From contig OY782497.1 of assembly GCA_963677705.1 (NCBI GenBank), positions 1,900,774-1,964,773 on the forward strand: DNA of 64,000 nucleotides. Direction: 5' to 3'. A program made the translations under genes and the position numbers. Source of the stretch: Myxococcota bacterium (GTDB taxonomy: Bacteria; Myxococcota_A; SURF-8; G963677705). Shown piece after piece: positions 1 to 8,982 of this stretch; the first letter of the stretch is position 1; each line of letters opens with the position of its first letter. The notes below the pieces were generated by a model. The model was not told the DNA's origin and made no database searches. It saw nothing but the letters and a program-made list of their open reading frames with translations.

Positions 1-2
1 AA

Positions 3-260
3 TCCTGCGGTCAGTGTACGCCCTGCCGTGAGGGAACCCATTTCCTGCATCTCATCATCAAACGTTTGGAAGCCGGTCAAGGCACGATGGAAGACATCGA
101 CAAACTCTATCGACTGGCCAACAATATGGAAGGTGCAACCATCTGCCCCTTGGCCGAAGCCGCCGCGTGGCCGATGAAGTCCTTCATTACGAAGTTCCGT
201 GACGAATTTGAAGCCCATGTCACCCTGGGTCGCTGCCCGATGAATCACGCCATCGGCTGA
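3..260 (+). CDS. nuoF: NADH-quinone oxidoreductase subunit F, C-terminal fragment (5' end lies upstream of window)
   Basis: Frame 3 reads ...SCGQCTPCREGT...ICPLAEAAAWP from position 3 and ends at TGA 258-260. This is the 4Fe-4S-binding C-terminus of NuoF. It lies immediately upstream of nuoG. Confidence 0.85.
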   Translation, partial: SCGQCTPCREGTHFLHLIIKRLEAGQGTMEDIDKLYRLANNMEGATICPLAEAAAWPMKSFITKFRDEFEAHVTLGRCPMNHAIG

Positions 261-299
261 TTTTGAACGGCACGCCTTGGCGTGCGGGAGGTTTTTTTG

Positions 300-2225
300 A
301 TGACCGAAACAGTAAAAGTCACCTTCGACGGCGTGGAGTACGAGGTACCCAAGGGACGGACCGTGCTGGAAACGGCCAAAGACCTGGACATCCCCATCCC
401 GTATTTCTGCTGGCACAAGCACCTTTCCGTTTCCGGCAACTGCCGCATGTGCCTGGTCTACATCAGCCCCGGCCCGCCGAAACCGCAGATTGCCTGCGGC
501 ACCTACGTCGCCGACGGCATGACCATTGACACCAAGAGCGAGAAGGTACGCGCCCAGCGGCAAAACGTGCTGGAATTCCTTCTGCTCAACCACCCGCTGG
601 ATTGCCCCGTCTGCGACAAAGCCTATGAGTGCAAGTTGCAGAACTATACCTATAATTATGGCAACGATGCGGGACGGTTTGTAGACATGCACGACCAGAA
701 GCGGGTCTACAAGCGGGAAAATCTGGGGAAGATTTTCACCGAGATGAACCGCTGCATCCATTGCACCCGCTGCGTGCGTTACCTGCGCGAAGTGGCCGGG
801 GAACCGGAGATGCAACGCCTGGAGCGTGGCCACGAGTTGAAGATCGGCACCTGGAAAGAAGCCTTCGAGAGCGATTTCGCCCTTAACGCCGTGGACATCT
901 GCCCCGTGGGTGCTTTGGGAGATCGTAAATTCAATTTCACCACCCGCGTCTGGAACCTTCAACCCACGCCAAGCGTTTGCGGTTCCTGTTCGGTGGGATG
1001 CAACGTCACGGTGGAAAGCTTTGAAGGCGTGGTGATCGACGAAGAAAAACCGGAGAAAATCGTCCGGCTTCGCCCCCGTGAAAACCCGGTGGTCAATGCC
1101 ACCTGGATGTGCGACTACGGTCGTCATCATTTCGATTGGATCAACCAGGATCGCCTGCGTGACATCCGCGTCAACGGCAAAGCCGCGAGCGCCGACGAGG
1201 CGGTGAAAGCCATTGCCAACAACGTGGAGCAGATCGGCAAGGGAAGCTTTGCGCTATCGCTGAACTCCTGGCTGACCACGGAGGAACTCTGGCTCGGTAA
1301 AAAACTGGCCGCCTTGTGGGAGGGTTCCACGCTGGCCTTCGTGCCCGGTTACAACAAGCAAACCGTTTTTGAAGACGTGACCCAAGATGTGCTGCCTGTG
1401 ACCCTGGTTTCCGACGACAAGTCCCCCAACAGCGAGCTATCGCTGAACTCCTGGCTGACCACGGAGGAACTCTGGCTCGGTAAAAAACTGGCCGCCTTGT
1501 GGGAGGGTTCCACGCTGGCCTTCGTGCCCGGTTACAACAAGCAAACCGTTTTTGAAGACGTGACCCAAGATGTGCTGCCTGTGACCCTGGTTTCCGACGA
1601 CAAGTCCCCCAACAGCGAGGGTGGTCGTTTGCTGGGTTTGCCGGAAGGCTCCCAGGAAACCCCGGCGATCCTCAGTCTTATCGACGCAATGGAAAACGGT
1701 TCGGTGCGCGGTCTGGTTATGGTGGGCGATCCCTGCCTGAGCCATCCGGATCTTGATCGCGACCGCCTGCTTGCCACCGTGAAAAAGCTGAGCTGCTTCG
1801 TGTACCTCGGCCCCAATACCAATGAGTTGTCCGACCTGGCGCATATCGTGCTGCCTAGCGCGGCCTATGTGGAAAAACGGGGAAGCCTCATCAACCGCCT
1901 GCACCGCGTGCAGAAACTCCGCCCGGCGCTGCGTTTGATCGGCGATACCGACACGGAATTATCCTGGCTGTCCAAGCTGGGTGCGCAGTTTGAAGACGGT
2001 TTCGGTTTTGAAGACTACAAACCGGCGCTGAATGCCTTGGCCGAAGAGGAAGCCGCGTTTTCCGGCCTGCGCTATGAAGCCCTGGGGCTTCTGGGTGTCA
2101 AGCTCGTTGACGGCAAGGCGGAAGACAAAGCCGATGATCTGCTGAAACTGGAAGCCAAGATCAAAGCCCAGATGCTGCGTCATGCAGCCAGGGACAGTGA
2201 CAAATCCAGCGGTCACGACGCCTAA
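300..2225 (+). CDS. nuoG: NADH-quinone oxidoreductase subunit G (75-kDa Fe-S subunit)
   Basis: MTETVKVTFDGVEYEVPKGRTVLE... is a 2Fe-2S ferredoxin-type N-terminus. Cys clusters CRMCLV, CPVCDKAYEC and CIHCTRCVRY follow. The ATG at 300 is preceded by GGGAGG. The ORF-track start at 282 is GTG. Confidence 0.9.
   Translation: MTETVKVTFDGVEYEVPKGRTVLETAKDLDIPIPYFCWHKHLSVSGNCRMCLVYISPGPPKPQIACGTYVADGMTIDTKSEKVRAQRQNVLEFLLLNHPLDCPVCDKAYECKLQNYTYNYGNDAGRFVDMHDQKRVYKRENLGKIFTEMNRCIHCTRCVRYLREVAGEPEMQRLERGHELKIGTWKEAFESDFALNAVDICPVGALGDRKFNFTTRVWNLQPTPSVCGSCSVGCNVTVESFEGVVIDEEKPEKIVRLRPRENPVVNATWMCDYGRHHFDWINQDRLRDIRVNGKAASADEAVKAIANNVEQIGKGSFALSLNSWLTTEELWLGKKLAALWEGSTLAFVPGYNKQTVFEDVTQDVLPVTLVSDDKSPNSELSLNSWLTTEELWLGKKLAALWEGSTLAFVPGYNKQTVFEDVTQDVLPVTLVSDDKSPNSEGGRLLGLPEGSQETPAILSLIDAMENGSVRGLVMVGDPCLSHPDLDRDRLLATVKKLSCFVYLGPNTNELSDLAHIVLPSAAYVEKRGSLINRLHRVQKLRPALRLIGDTDTELSWLSKLGAQFEDGFGFEDYKPALNALAEEEAAFSGLRYEALGLLGVKLVDGKAEDKADDLLKLEAKIKAQMLRHAARDSDKSSGHDA
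1254..1619 (+). repeat. Perfect in-frame tandem duplication, 2 x 183 bp (61 codons), inside nuoG
   Basis: nt 1254-1436 is identical base-for-base to 1437-1619. Both encode LSLNSWLTTEELWLGKKLAALWEGSTLAFVPGYNKQTVFEDVTQDVLPVTLVSDDKSPNSE. Confidence 0.85.
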
Positions 2226-2245
2226 GGGGCTGAAAGGAAACGACG

Positions 2246-2743
2246 ATGGAAGCGATTTTCTTCTGGGTATTCGCGCTCATCTCCGTAACAGGCGGGTTGA
2301 TGCTGGTGTTTCATAAGAACCCCATCCATTCCGCGCTGAGTCTGGTGCTGACGCTCATCGCGACGGCAGGGCTGTTTGTGGTGCTGCGTGCCGGATTCGT
2401 CGGCGTGTTGCAGGTTTTGGTGTATGCCGGTGCGATCATGGTGCTGTTTGTCTTTGTCATCATGGTGCTTAACCTGCAACGGGAAGAACTGGGCTTGCGC
2501 CGTCATCGCCTGATTAAAGTGATGGGTATCATCCTTGCCTCCGGCTTTGGTTTGAACCTCGCTGCGATGCTCTTCGAATTGCCCACGAAAAAAGGCATTA
2601 CAGACCCTCAAGCGTTGTTCGGCACGGTGGAAGGCGTCGGCGAGTTGGTGTTCACCACCTACGTCGTTCCCTTCGAGGCGCTGTCTCTGCTTCTGCTGGC
2701 TGCCATTGTGGGCGCGGTGGTGATCGGTAAAAAACGCATTTAA
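2246..2743 (+). CDS. nuoJ: NADH-quinone oxidoreductase subunit J
   Basis: 165-aa polytopic membrane protein. [22 protein letters not shown]...[24 protein letters not shown] matches NuoJ/ND6. It starts 20 nt after the nuoG stop. Confidence 0.85.
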   Translation: MEAIFFWVFALISVTGGLMLVFHKNPIHSALSLVLTLIATAGLFVVLRAGFVGVLQVLVYAGAIMVLFVFVIMVLNLQREELGLRRHRLIKVMGIILASGFGLNLAAMLFELPTKKGITDPQALFGTVEGVGELVFTTYVVPFEALSLLLLAAIVGAVVIGKKRI

Positions 2744-2786
2744 CGTTCGTTTTCGGAACGCTTTTTTCAGAAAGGGCCATCCTGAC

Positions 2787-3104
2787 ATGAGCTGGCTGAC
2801 CGACATCGGAATTTCTCATTATCTCGCCCTGGCTGCGCTGCTGTTCACCATCGGCATGATTGGGGTGTTGATCCGCAAAAACGGTTTGATTGTGTTCATG
2901 TGCATCGAATTGATGCTCAACGCCGTCAACCTGACCTTCATCGCCTTTGCCAATCAGGTGGGCAATGAGATGGGACACGCCATCGTGTTCTTCATCATGA
3001 CGGTGGCTGCTGCCGAAGCGGCGGTGGGCCTGGCAATCTTTGTCGCGTTGTACCGTGGCAAGGAAACCGTATACGTGGACGAAGCAGACTCGCTTAAGCA
3101 TTAA
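2787..3104 (+). CDS. nuoK: NADH-quinone oxidoreductase subunit K
   Basis: 105 aa. ...[21 protein letters not shown]... is NuoK/ND4L-like. It lies between nuoJ and nuoL. Confidence 0.85.
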   Translation: MSWLTDIGISHYLALAALLFTIGMIGVLIRKNGLIVFMCIELMLNAVNLTFIAFANQVGNEMGHAIVFFIMTVAAAEAAVGLAIFVALYRGKETVYVDEADSLKH

Positions 3105-3171
3105 CCGGACCTGCGAAGCGTAAGCCAACGCACTTTGCAACCGGCTGGCCTTGTACGAGAGGACGATCATC

Positions 3172-5241
3172 ATGGCGCACAGTGAATCTCACGAACCCCA
3201 CGCCGCCGAGAAAATCAATTGGCTTCAGGCGGCCCTGGCTCTTCTGGCCTTGGGACTACTGCTTCTTTTGCTGTTGTCGAAACTGGCCACGGGGGAAACC
3301 GTCTGCGACATCACCCAATGGGTGTTCCTGATCCCCTTGCTTCCTGGTCTGGGCGCGTTCCTGAACGGGGTCTTCAACCGTCGCCTGCCGAAGTTCGTGG
3401 TAAACATCATTGCCATCGGCAGTGTCTGGTCCAGTTTCTTCATCGGCTTGATGCTGTTCATCCAGCTCAAGATGACCGGCGAACCGGTTCACGCGGTGAT
3501 GTACCACTGGATCTTCTCCGACGCGCTGCATTTGAACATTGCCTTCACGCTGGACCAACTCAGCGGTGTGATGGTGCTGGTAGTAACCTTCGTCGGTGGT
3601 CTGATTCACCTCTACAGTGTGGGCTACATGGCCGACGACGAAAGCTATTCCCGCTACTTCACCTACCTGAACCTCTTCACCTTCAGCATGTTGGTGCTGG
3701 TACTGGGCGATTCCATTCCGCTGATGTTCGTCGGTTGGGAAGGCGTGGGCCTCTGCTCCTACCTGCTGATCGGTTTCTGGTTCGATGATCCGGCCAAGGC
3801 CACAGCGGGTAAGAAAGCGTTCATCGTCAACCGTATCGGTGACATGGGCGTGATGATCGCGATGTTCATTCTGTTCTACGCCACCGGCGCGTTGAGCTTT
3901 GCGGGGATTCAGGAAAACGTAGACAAGATCAGCCCGCTGTTGGCCACCCTGGCCTGCCTGGCGCTGTTCCTGGGAGCCACCGGCAAAAGCGCCCAGCTTC
4001 CCCTATACGTCTGGTTGCCCGATGCAATGGCCGGTCCGACACCGGTGTCCGCACTGATCCACGCTGCGACGATGGTTACCGCCGGCGTGTACATGATCGC
4101 CCGCTTGAGCTTCCTCTTCGTGCTTTCCCCGACGGCCATGCTCGTCGTGGCGACCATCGGTGGGTTGACGGCCCTGTTCGCCGCGACCATCGGCCTGTTC
4201 CAGTATGACATCAAGAAAGTACTGGCCTATTCCACCGTCAGTCAGCTTGGCTACATGTTCCTCGCCGTCGGTGTGGGAGCCTTCTCTGCCGGAGTGTTCC
4301 ACCTGATGACCCATGCCTTCTTCAAGGCCTGCCTGTTCCTCGGTTCCGGTTCGGTGATTATGGGAATGCACCACGAGCAGGACATCCGCAAAATGGGTGG
4401 CCTTGCCAAGAAAATGCCGATCACCCGCTGGACCTTCTTCCTGAGTTGCCTGGCCATTGCGGGAATCTTCCCCTTCGCCGGATTCTTCAGCAAGGACGAG
4501 ATCCTCTGGAAAGCCTTCACCACCCATAACATAGTGATCCCCGGTGCCGAATACGTGTTGTACGGCCTGGGTATGCTGGCCGCTTTCTGTACCGCGTTCT
4601 ACATGTTCCGCCTCTATTTCATCACCTTCAGCGGCGAGAACCGTGCGGACAAACACACCCAGGAACACATCAAGGAAAGCCCCTGGACGATGACCGTCCC
4701 CTTGATCATCCTTGCCGGATTCGCGACCATCATCGGCTTTGTGGGTATGCCCCACGTGATGGGTCCGAACCTCTTTGAACACCACCTGGAGCCCGTTCTT
4801 GGCGAAGCGACGAAGGTCATTGCCAGCGCAGCCGGTCATGGGGCGCATCCTTCCGCGGCTCTGGAATGGGGTATGATGGGTGTCAGCCTCGCCGTGGCGG
4901 GTTTGGGCATCGGTCTGGCCTACATGCTTTACGGTGGCGGCAAATTCGTGTTCAAAGAGAACGCCAATTTCTTCTACAAGCTGCTGCGTGACAAATACTA
5001 CGTGGATGAAGGCTACTTCTATGCCTTCGTGCGTCCCCTGGTGAATTTCAGTCAGTTCCTCTGGAAGTTCGTGGACACCTATCTCATTGATGGCTTGCTG
5101 GTTCACGCCTCCAGTTGGACCGTACGTAGCGTGGGCGAGGGACTGCGGCTCTTGCACACCGGAAACGTGCAGCACTACTTGTTTGCCTTCCTGCTTGGCG
5201 TGGTGGCGATCTTCGTCTACCTGCTGCAAGGAACGTGGTAA
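3172..5241 (+). CDS. nuoL: NADH-quinone oxidoreductase subunit L
   Basis: WLPDAMAGPTPVSALIHAATMVTAGVYMIARL is the antiporter-like NuoL signature. The ATG at 3172 follows GAGAGGA. The ORF-track start at 3151 is TTG. Confidence 0.9.
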   Translation: MAHSESHEPHAAEKINWLQAALALLALGLLLLLLLSKLATGETVCDITQWVFLIPLLPGLGAFLNGVFNRRLPKFVVNIIAIGSVWSSFFIGLMLFIQLKMTGEPVHAVMYHWIFSDALHLNIAFTLDQLSGVMVLVVTFVGGLIHLYSVGYMADDESYSRYFTYLNLFTFSMLVLVLGDSIPLMFVGWEGVGLCSYLLIGFWFDDPAKATAGKKAFIVNRIGDMGVMIAMFILFYATGALSFAGIQENVDKISPLLATLACLALFLGATGKSAQLPLYVWLPDAMAGPTPVSALIHAATMVTAGVYMIARLSFLFVLSPTAMLVVATIGGLTALFAATIGLFQYDIKKVLAYSTVSQLGYMFLAVGVGAFSAGVFHLMTHAFFKACLFLGSGSVIMGMHHEQDIRKMGGLAKKMPITRWTFFLSCLAIAGIFPFAGFFSKDEILWKAFTTHNIVIPGAEYVLYGLGMLAAFCTAFYMFRLYFITFSGENRADKHTQEHIKESPWTMTVPLIILAGFATIIGFVGMPHVMGPNLFEHHLEPVLGEATKVIASAAGHGAHPSAALEWGMMGVSLAVAGLGIGLAYMLYGGGKFVFKENANFFYKLLRDKYYVDEGYFYAFVRPLVNFSQFLWKFVDTYLIDGLLVHASSWTVRSVGEGLRLLHTGNVQHYLFAFLLGVVAIFVYLLQGTW

Positions 5242-5283
5242 GAACTTTCAGGCACTAACCGCTAGCTCGATTGGGAACCGCCT

Positions 5284-6906
5284 ATGGCAATTCAAGATTT
5301 TCCCGTATTGACCCTCATCACGATCCTGCCCTTGGTCGGCGCGGTGATGGTGGCCCTGTTGCCCAAAGGGGAGGACGGCGTCGTCAAGACCTTCGCCTTC
5401 ACCTGGTCCACCCTGGTTTTCCTCACCAGTCTGGTGATTTTCGCCGGATTCAACCCCGCCGTGCCGGGGATGCAACTGGTGGACAACCTGTCCTGGATCG
5501 ACGAATTCGGCATTCGTTTCAGCTTGGGCATTGACGGTATCAGCCTCTGGCTGGTGATTCTCACCACCTTCCTGACCCCGGTGGTGGTGCTGGGAGCCTT
5601 CAAGGCCGTGCCGAAGTACATGAAAGGCTTCATGTTCAGCATCCTGCTGCTGGAAACGGCGATGATCGGCACCTTGTTGGCCACCGACATCTTCCTGTTC
5701 TACGTGTTCTGGGAACTGATGCTGATTCCGATGTATTTCCTCATCGGCATCTGGGGTGGTCAGAAACGCCTCTACGCCGCCGTGAAGTTCTTCATCTTTA
5801 CGATGGTCGGCTCCCTGTTGATGCTTCTGGCCCTGATCTATGTCTACTACCAGCACTTCGTGCAGTTCGGCATCTGGTCTACCGACCTCCACGCCTTGCT
5901 TCAGGTGCAGTTCGGCTTGACGGAACAGGTTCTCCTGTTCATCGCCTTTGCCCTGGCCTTCGCGATCAAAGTCCCGATGTGGCCGCTGCATACCTGGTTG
6001 CCAGACGCCCATACCGAAGCGCCGACCGCCGGTTCGGTCATTCTGGCCGGTGTGCTGTTGAAGATGGGAACCTATGGTTTCCTGCGCTTCGCCATTCCTT
6101 TGTTCCCCGTGGCGGCGGCCAAGGCCATGCCGGTAATCGCCGCGCTGGCCGTGGTGGGCATCATCTACGGTGCGCTGGTGGCCTTCGTGCAGAAAGATGT
6201 CAAACGTCTGGTAGCCTATAGCTCCGTGAGCCACCTGGGCTTCGTCATGCTCGGTATTGCCGGTATGACCTTCACCAGCGTGCAGGGTGGTCTGTATCAG
6301 ATGCTGAACCACGGCATCAGCACCGGCGCCTTGTTCCTCGTGGTAGGCATGATCTACGAACGGCGTCATACGCGCATGATTTCCGACTTCGGCGGGCTGG
6401 CGAAGGTGATTCCGCTGTTCGCCACGATGTTCATGATTACCATGCTTTCCAGCATCGGCGTTCCGGGACTGAACGGCTTCGTCGGCGAGTTCCTCATCCT
6501 CACCGGAACCTTCACCAGCCAGAGCCTGCCTTACGCGCAAGTCTGGGTAGTCCTGGGAACCACGGGGGTTCTGCTGGGTGCCGTCTACATGCTGCACATG
6601 TACCAACGGGTGATGTTCGGTCCGGTAACCAAGGACGAAAACAAGGCCTTGAAGGATCTCTCCGTCCGTGAAGTGGCCGTGCTGCTGCCACTGATTCTGT
6701 TGATGTTCGTGATGGGCCTGTTCCCCAATCTCTTCCTGAAATACACGGAAAGCTCCATCCACGATCTTCTGAAAACTTACAACGCCAAGGTGGAACGCTA
6801 TGAACAGCGTGAAGCCTCGTTGTCCGAGCCGCGTCTGGGCGGGGTTCTGGCCGTGGGGCAGAGCGCCACGGATGACACCGAGAACCAAGCCGTTGTTCTT
6901 CGCTAA
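5284..6906 (+). CDS. nuoM: NADH-quinone oxidoreductase subunit M
   Basis: WLPDAHTEAPTAGSVILAGVLLKMGTYGFLRF is the NuoM/ND4 signature. 540 aa. Confidence 0.9.
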   Translation: MAIQDFPVLTLITILPLVGAVMVALLPKGEDGVVKTFAFTWSTLVFLTSLVIFAGFNPAVPGMQLVDNLSWIDEFGIRFSLGIDGISLWLVILTTFLTPVVVLGAFKAVPKYMKGFMFSILLLETAMIGTLLATDIFLFYVFWELMLIPMYFLIGIWGGQKRLYAAVKFFIFTMVGSLLMLLALIYVYYQHFVQFGIWSTDLHALLQVQFGLTEQVLLFIAFALAFAIKVPMWPLHTWLPDAHTEAPTAGSVILAGVLLKMGTYGFLRFAIPLFPVAAAKAMPVIAALAVVGIIYGALVAFVQKDVKRLVAYSSVSHLGFVMLGIAGMTFTSVQGGLYQMLNHGISTGALFLVVGMIYERRHTRMISDFGGLAKVIPLFATMFMITMLSSIGVPGLNGFVGEFLILTGTFTSQSLPYAQVWVVLGTTGVLLGAVYMLHMYQRVMFGPVTKDENKALKDLSVREVAVLLPLILLMFVMGLFPNLFLKYTESSIHDLLKTYNAKVERYEQREASLSEPRLGGVLAVGQSATDDTENQAVVLR

Positions 6907-6927
6907 TTTAGGCACAGGGTATCCACG

Positions 6928-8442
6928 ATGACAAACGTGAACCTTTCCGAATTCATTCATCTTGCGCCCATCCTGATTCTCAGCGCGTTCGCGTTGGCCG
7001 TGCTTCTGCTGGATGTCTTCAGCGACCACGCGCCGGATCGTAAACGCATGGGCTATCTCACCCTTCTGGGCCTGGGCCTTGCCGTTCCGGTATTGCTCTA
7101 CCAACTGGGCATGGATGGCGCAAAGCCGCTGTTTTCCGGAATGATCGCTTTAGACGGCTTCGGCACCTACTTCAACCTGCTCTTCGTAACGGGTTCAATG
7201 GTCACGGTGCTGTTGGCCATGACCTATTTTGAGGAACACGGCCTGCATCGCGGGGAATTTTACGCGCTGGTGCTCTTCGCCACGGTGGGGATGATGCTCA
7301 TGGGTATGAGTACCGACCTCATCAGCTTCTTCGTAGGTCTGGAATTGATGTCGATCAGCATCTACGTGCTGGCCGGGTTCATGCGCCACGATCCGCAATC
7401 GGTGGAAAGCAGCCTGAAGTACTTCCTGATGGGAGCCTTCGCCACCGGCTTTCTGATGATGGGCGTGGCCTATCTCTACGGACTGGCCGGGAGTACCAAC
7501 CTCGCGATGGTCGCTCAAGCTCTGGCGGGCAAAGTCAGCGTCGCTCAGACTCTGGGTGGAAATGCAGCCAGCCTTTACGGCCATATCGGGATGTTCTTCA
7601 TCGTCATCGGCTTCGGCTTCAAGGTGGCCTCGGTGCCCTTCCACATGTGGACGCCGGATGTCTATCAGGGCGCGCCGACACCGGTGACCGCGTTCATGGC
7701 CGCGCTGGTCAAAGCGGCGGCCTTCGGTGGGTTCGTGCGCATCTTCGCCACCGCGCTTTACAGCCTGAAGAGCGGAAGCTTCGACTGGTATTCCATCCTC
7801 TGGGTGCTGGCCGTGTTGACCATGACCTGGGGTAACGTCGTTGCTCTGACCCAAGACAACATCAAGCGGATGCTGGCCTATAGCTCCATTGCTCACGCCG
7901 GTTACCTGCTCATCGGTTTCCTGGCTATTTCCAAGGCGGGAAGCGCCGTCAGCGCTATTCTGTTCTACCTGGCCGCCTATACGGTGATGAACATGGGTGC
8001 CTTCGCCGTGGTGATCCTCGCCGGGCGTCGCGGGGATGAAAACCAGGATCTCACCGGCAAGGGCTGGGCGGGCTTCGGACGTCGCAATCCCGGTTTGGGG
8101 GCGGCGATGACCCTCTTCATGCTCAGCCTGGCCGGGATTCCCGGAACCATCGGCTTCATGGGTAAATTCTACGTCTTCCGCGCCGCCATTGAGGAACACC
8201 TCTATGTGCTGGCTCTGCTGGGCGTACTGAACAGCCTGATCAGCGTGTTTTACTACCTGCGCGTGATTCTGGTGATGTTCATGAAGGATTCCGAGGCCGA
8301 CAGCGAACCGGCCAGTGCCTTGCGCTTCGCCACACCGGGAACCCTGGCGGTGATCCTGATGACTGTGTTGACCGTGGGCTTGGGCCTTCTGCCCTCCGTC
8401 CTGCTGCAACTGACCGACTCCGCCTCAAAAACCCTGTTCTAA
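6928..8442 (+). CDS. nuoN: NADH-quinone oxidoreductase subunit N
   Basis: 504-aa antiporter-like membrane protein. FHMWTPDVYQGAPTPVTAFMA matches the NuoN/ND2 motif. It is the last gene of the nuo block. Confidence 0.85.
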   Translation: MTNVNLSEFIHLAPILILSAFALAVLLLDVFSDHAPDRKRMGYLTLLGLGLAVPVLLYQLGMDGAKPLFSGMIALDGFGTYFNLLFVTGSMVTVLLAMTYFEEHGLHRGEFYALVLFATVGMMLMGMSTDLISFFVGLELMSISIYVLAGFMRHDPQSVESSLKYFLMGAFATGFLMMGVAYLYGLAGSTNLAMVAQALAGKVSVAQTLGGNAASLYGHIGMFFIVIGFGFKVASVPFHMWTPDVYQGAPTPVTAFMAALVKAAAFGGFVRIFATALYSLKSGSFDWYSILWVLAVLTMTWGNVVALTQDNIKRMLAYSSIAHAGYLLIGFLAISKAGSAVSAILFYLAAYTVMNMGAFAVVILAGRRGDENQDLTGKGWAGFGRRNPGLGAAMTLFMLSLAGIPGTIGFMGKFYVFRAAIEEHLYVLALLGVLNSLISVFYYLRVILVMFMKDSEADSEPASALRFATPGTLAVILMTVLTVGLGLLPSVLLQLTDSASKTLF

Positions 8443-8467
8443 CCGACAGGCTCCTGCTACGTATACG

Positions 8468-8497
8468 AAAACCCGGCCAGATGGCCGGGTTTTCTGC
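8468..8497 (+). terminator. Rho-independent terminator after nuoN
   Basis: aaaCCCGGCCagatGGCCGGGttttctgctg is a GC-rich hairpin followed by a T-run, 26 nt after the nuoN stop. Confidence 0.6.
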
Positions 8498-8982
8498 TGA
8501 GGTATCTTCCACACCAGGAACGGCCTTCCTCTCTCTTCCCCCTTCTTCCTCCCTTTGAATACTCCTATTCTTTCCCTGGAGTGCGATGTTCAATCCGGGA
8601 AGGTTGAGTGATGGAGGGAACATAATCGATGTTTTTGAACCAGCAGCACATCATTCGAACTCAGACAGGGTGCGCTCATGGCGAGTGATTCATCGACGAT
8701 GAATTGGTTCGAGCCACGAGCGATCCTTCGATACACCGCCCTCCGGGCGGCACTCAGGATGAGCGAAGAGAAACAACCAAGCCGAAAATAGCAGTCAGAA
8801 TGAGCAGAGAGAACCTCCCCATGATAACGTCAATGTACCCACATGGAAATTCACACCCTGCCCCTGTGACACGCCGTGCGCCGTTGACAAGAAAGTATCT
8901 CCCCGCTATACTGCCTTTTACTTCTTCACGAAAAACGACTCTTCTTACACAGTCCACCCCTTGACTCTGAAAGGCGGTTGTC

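Noticed and set aside
5248-7104. 618-aa minus-strand ORF overlapping nuoM and nuoL
   Set aside because: Antisense shadow ORF in a GC-rich region. The sense strand encodes unmistakable NuoL/NuoM. The translation is His/Gly/Gln-rich nonsense.
8704-8964. 86-aa ORF between nuoN and the peptidase gene
   Set aside because: No RBS, no motifs and an unusual composition. It is more likely untranslated promoter or leader for the downstream lipoprotein gene.
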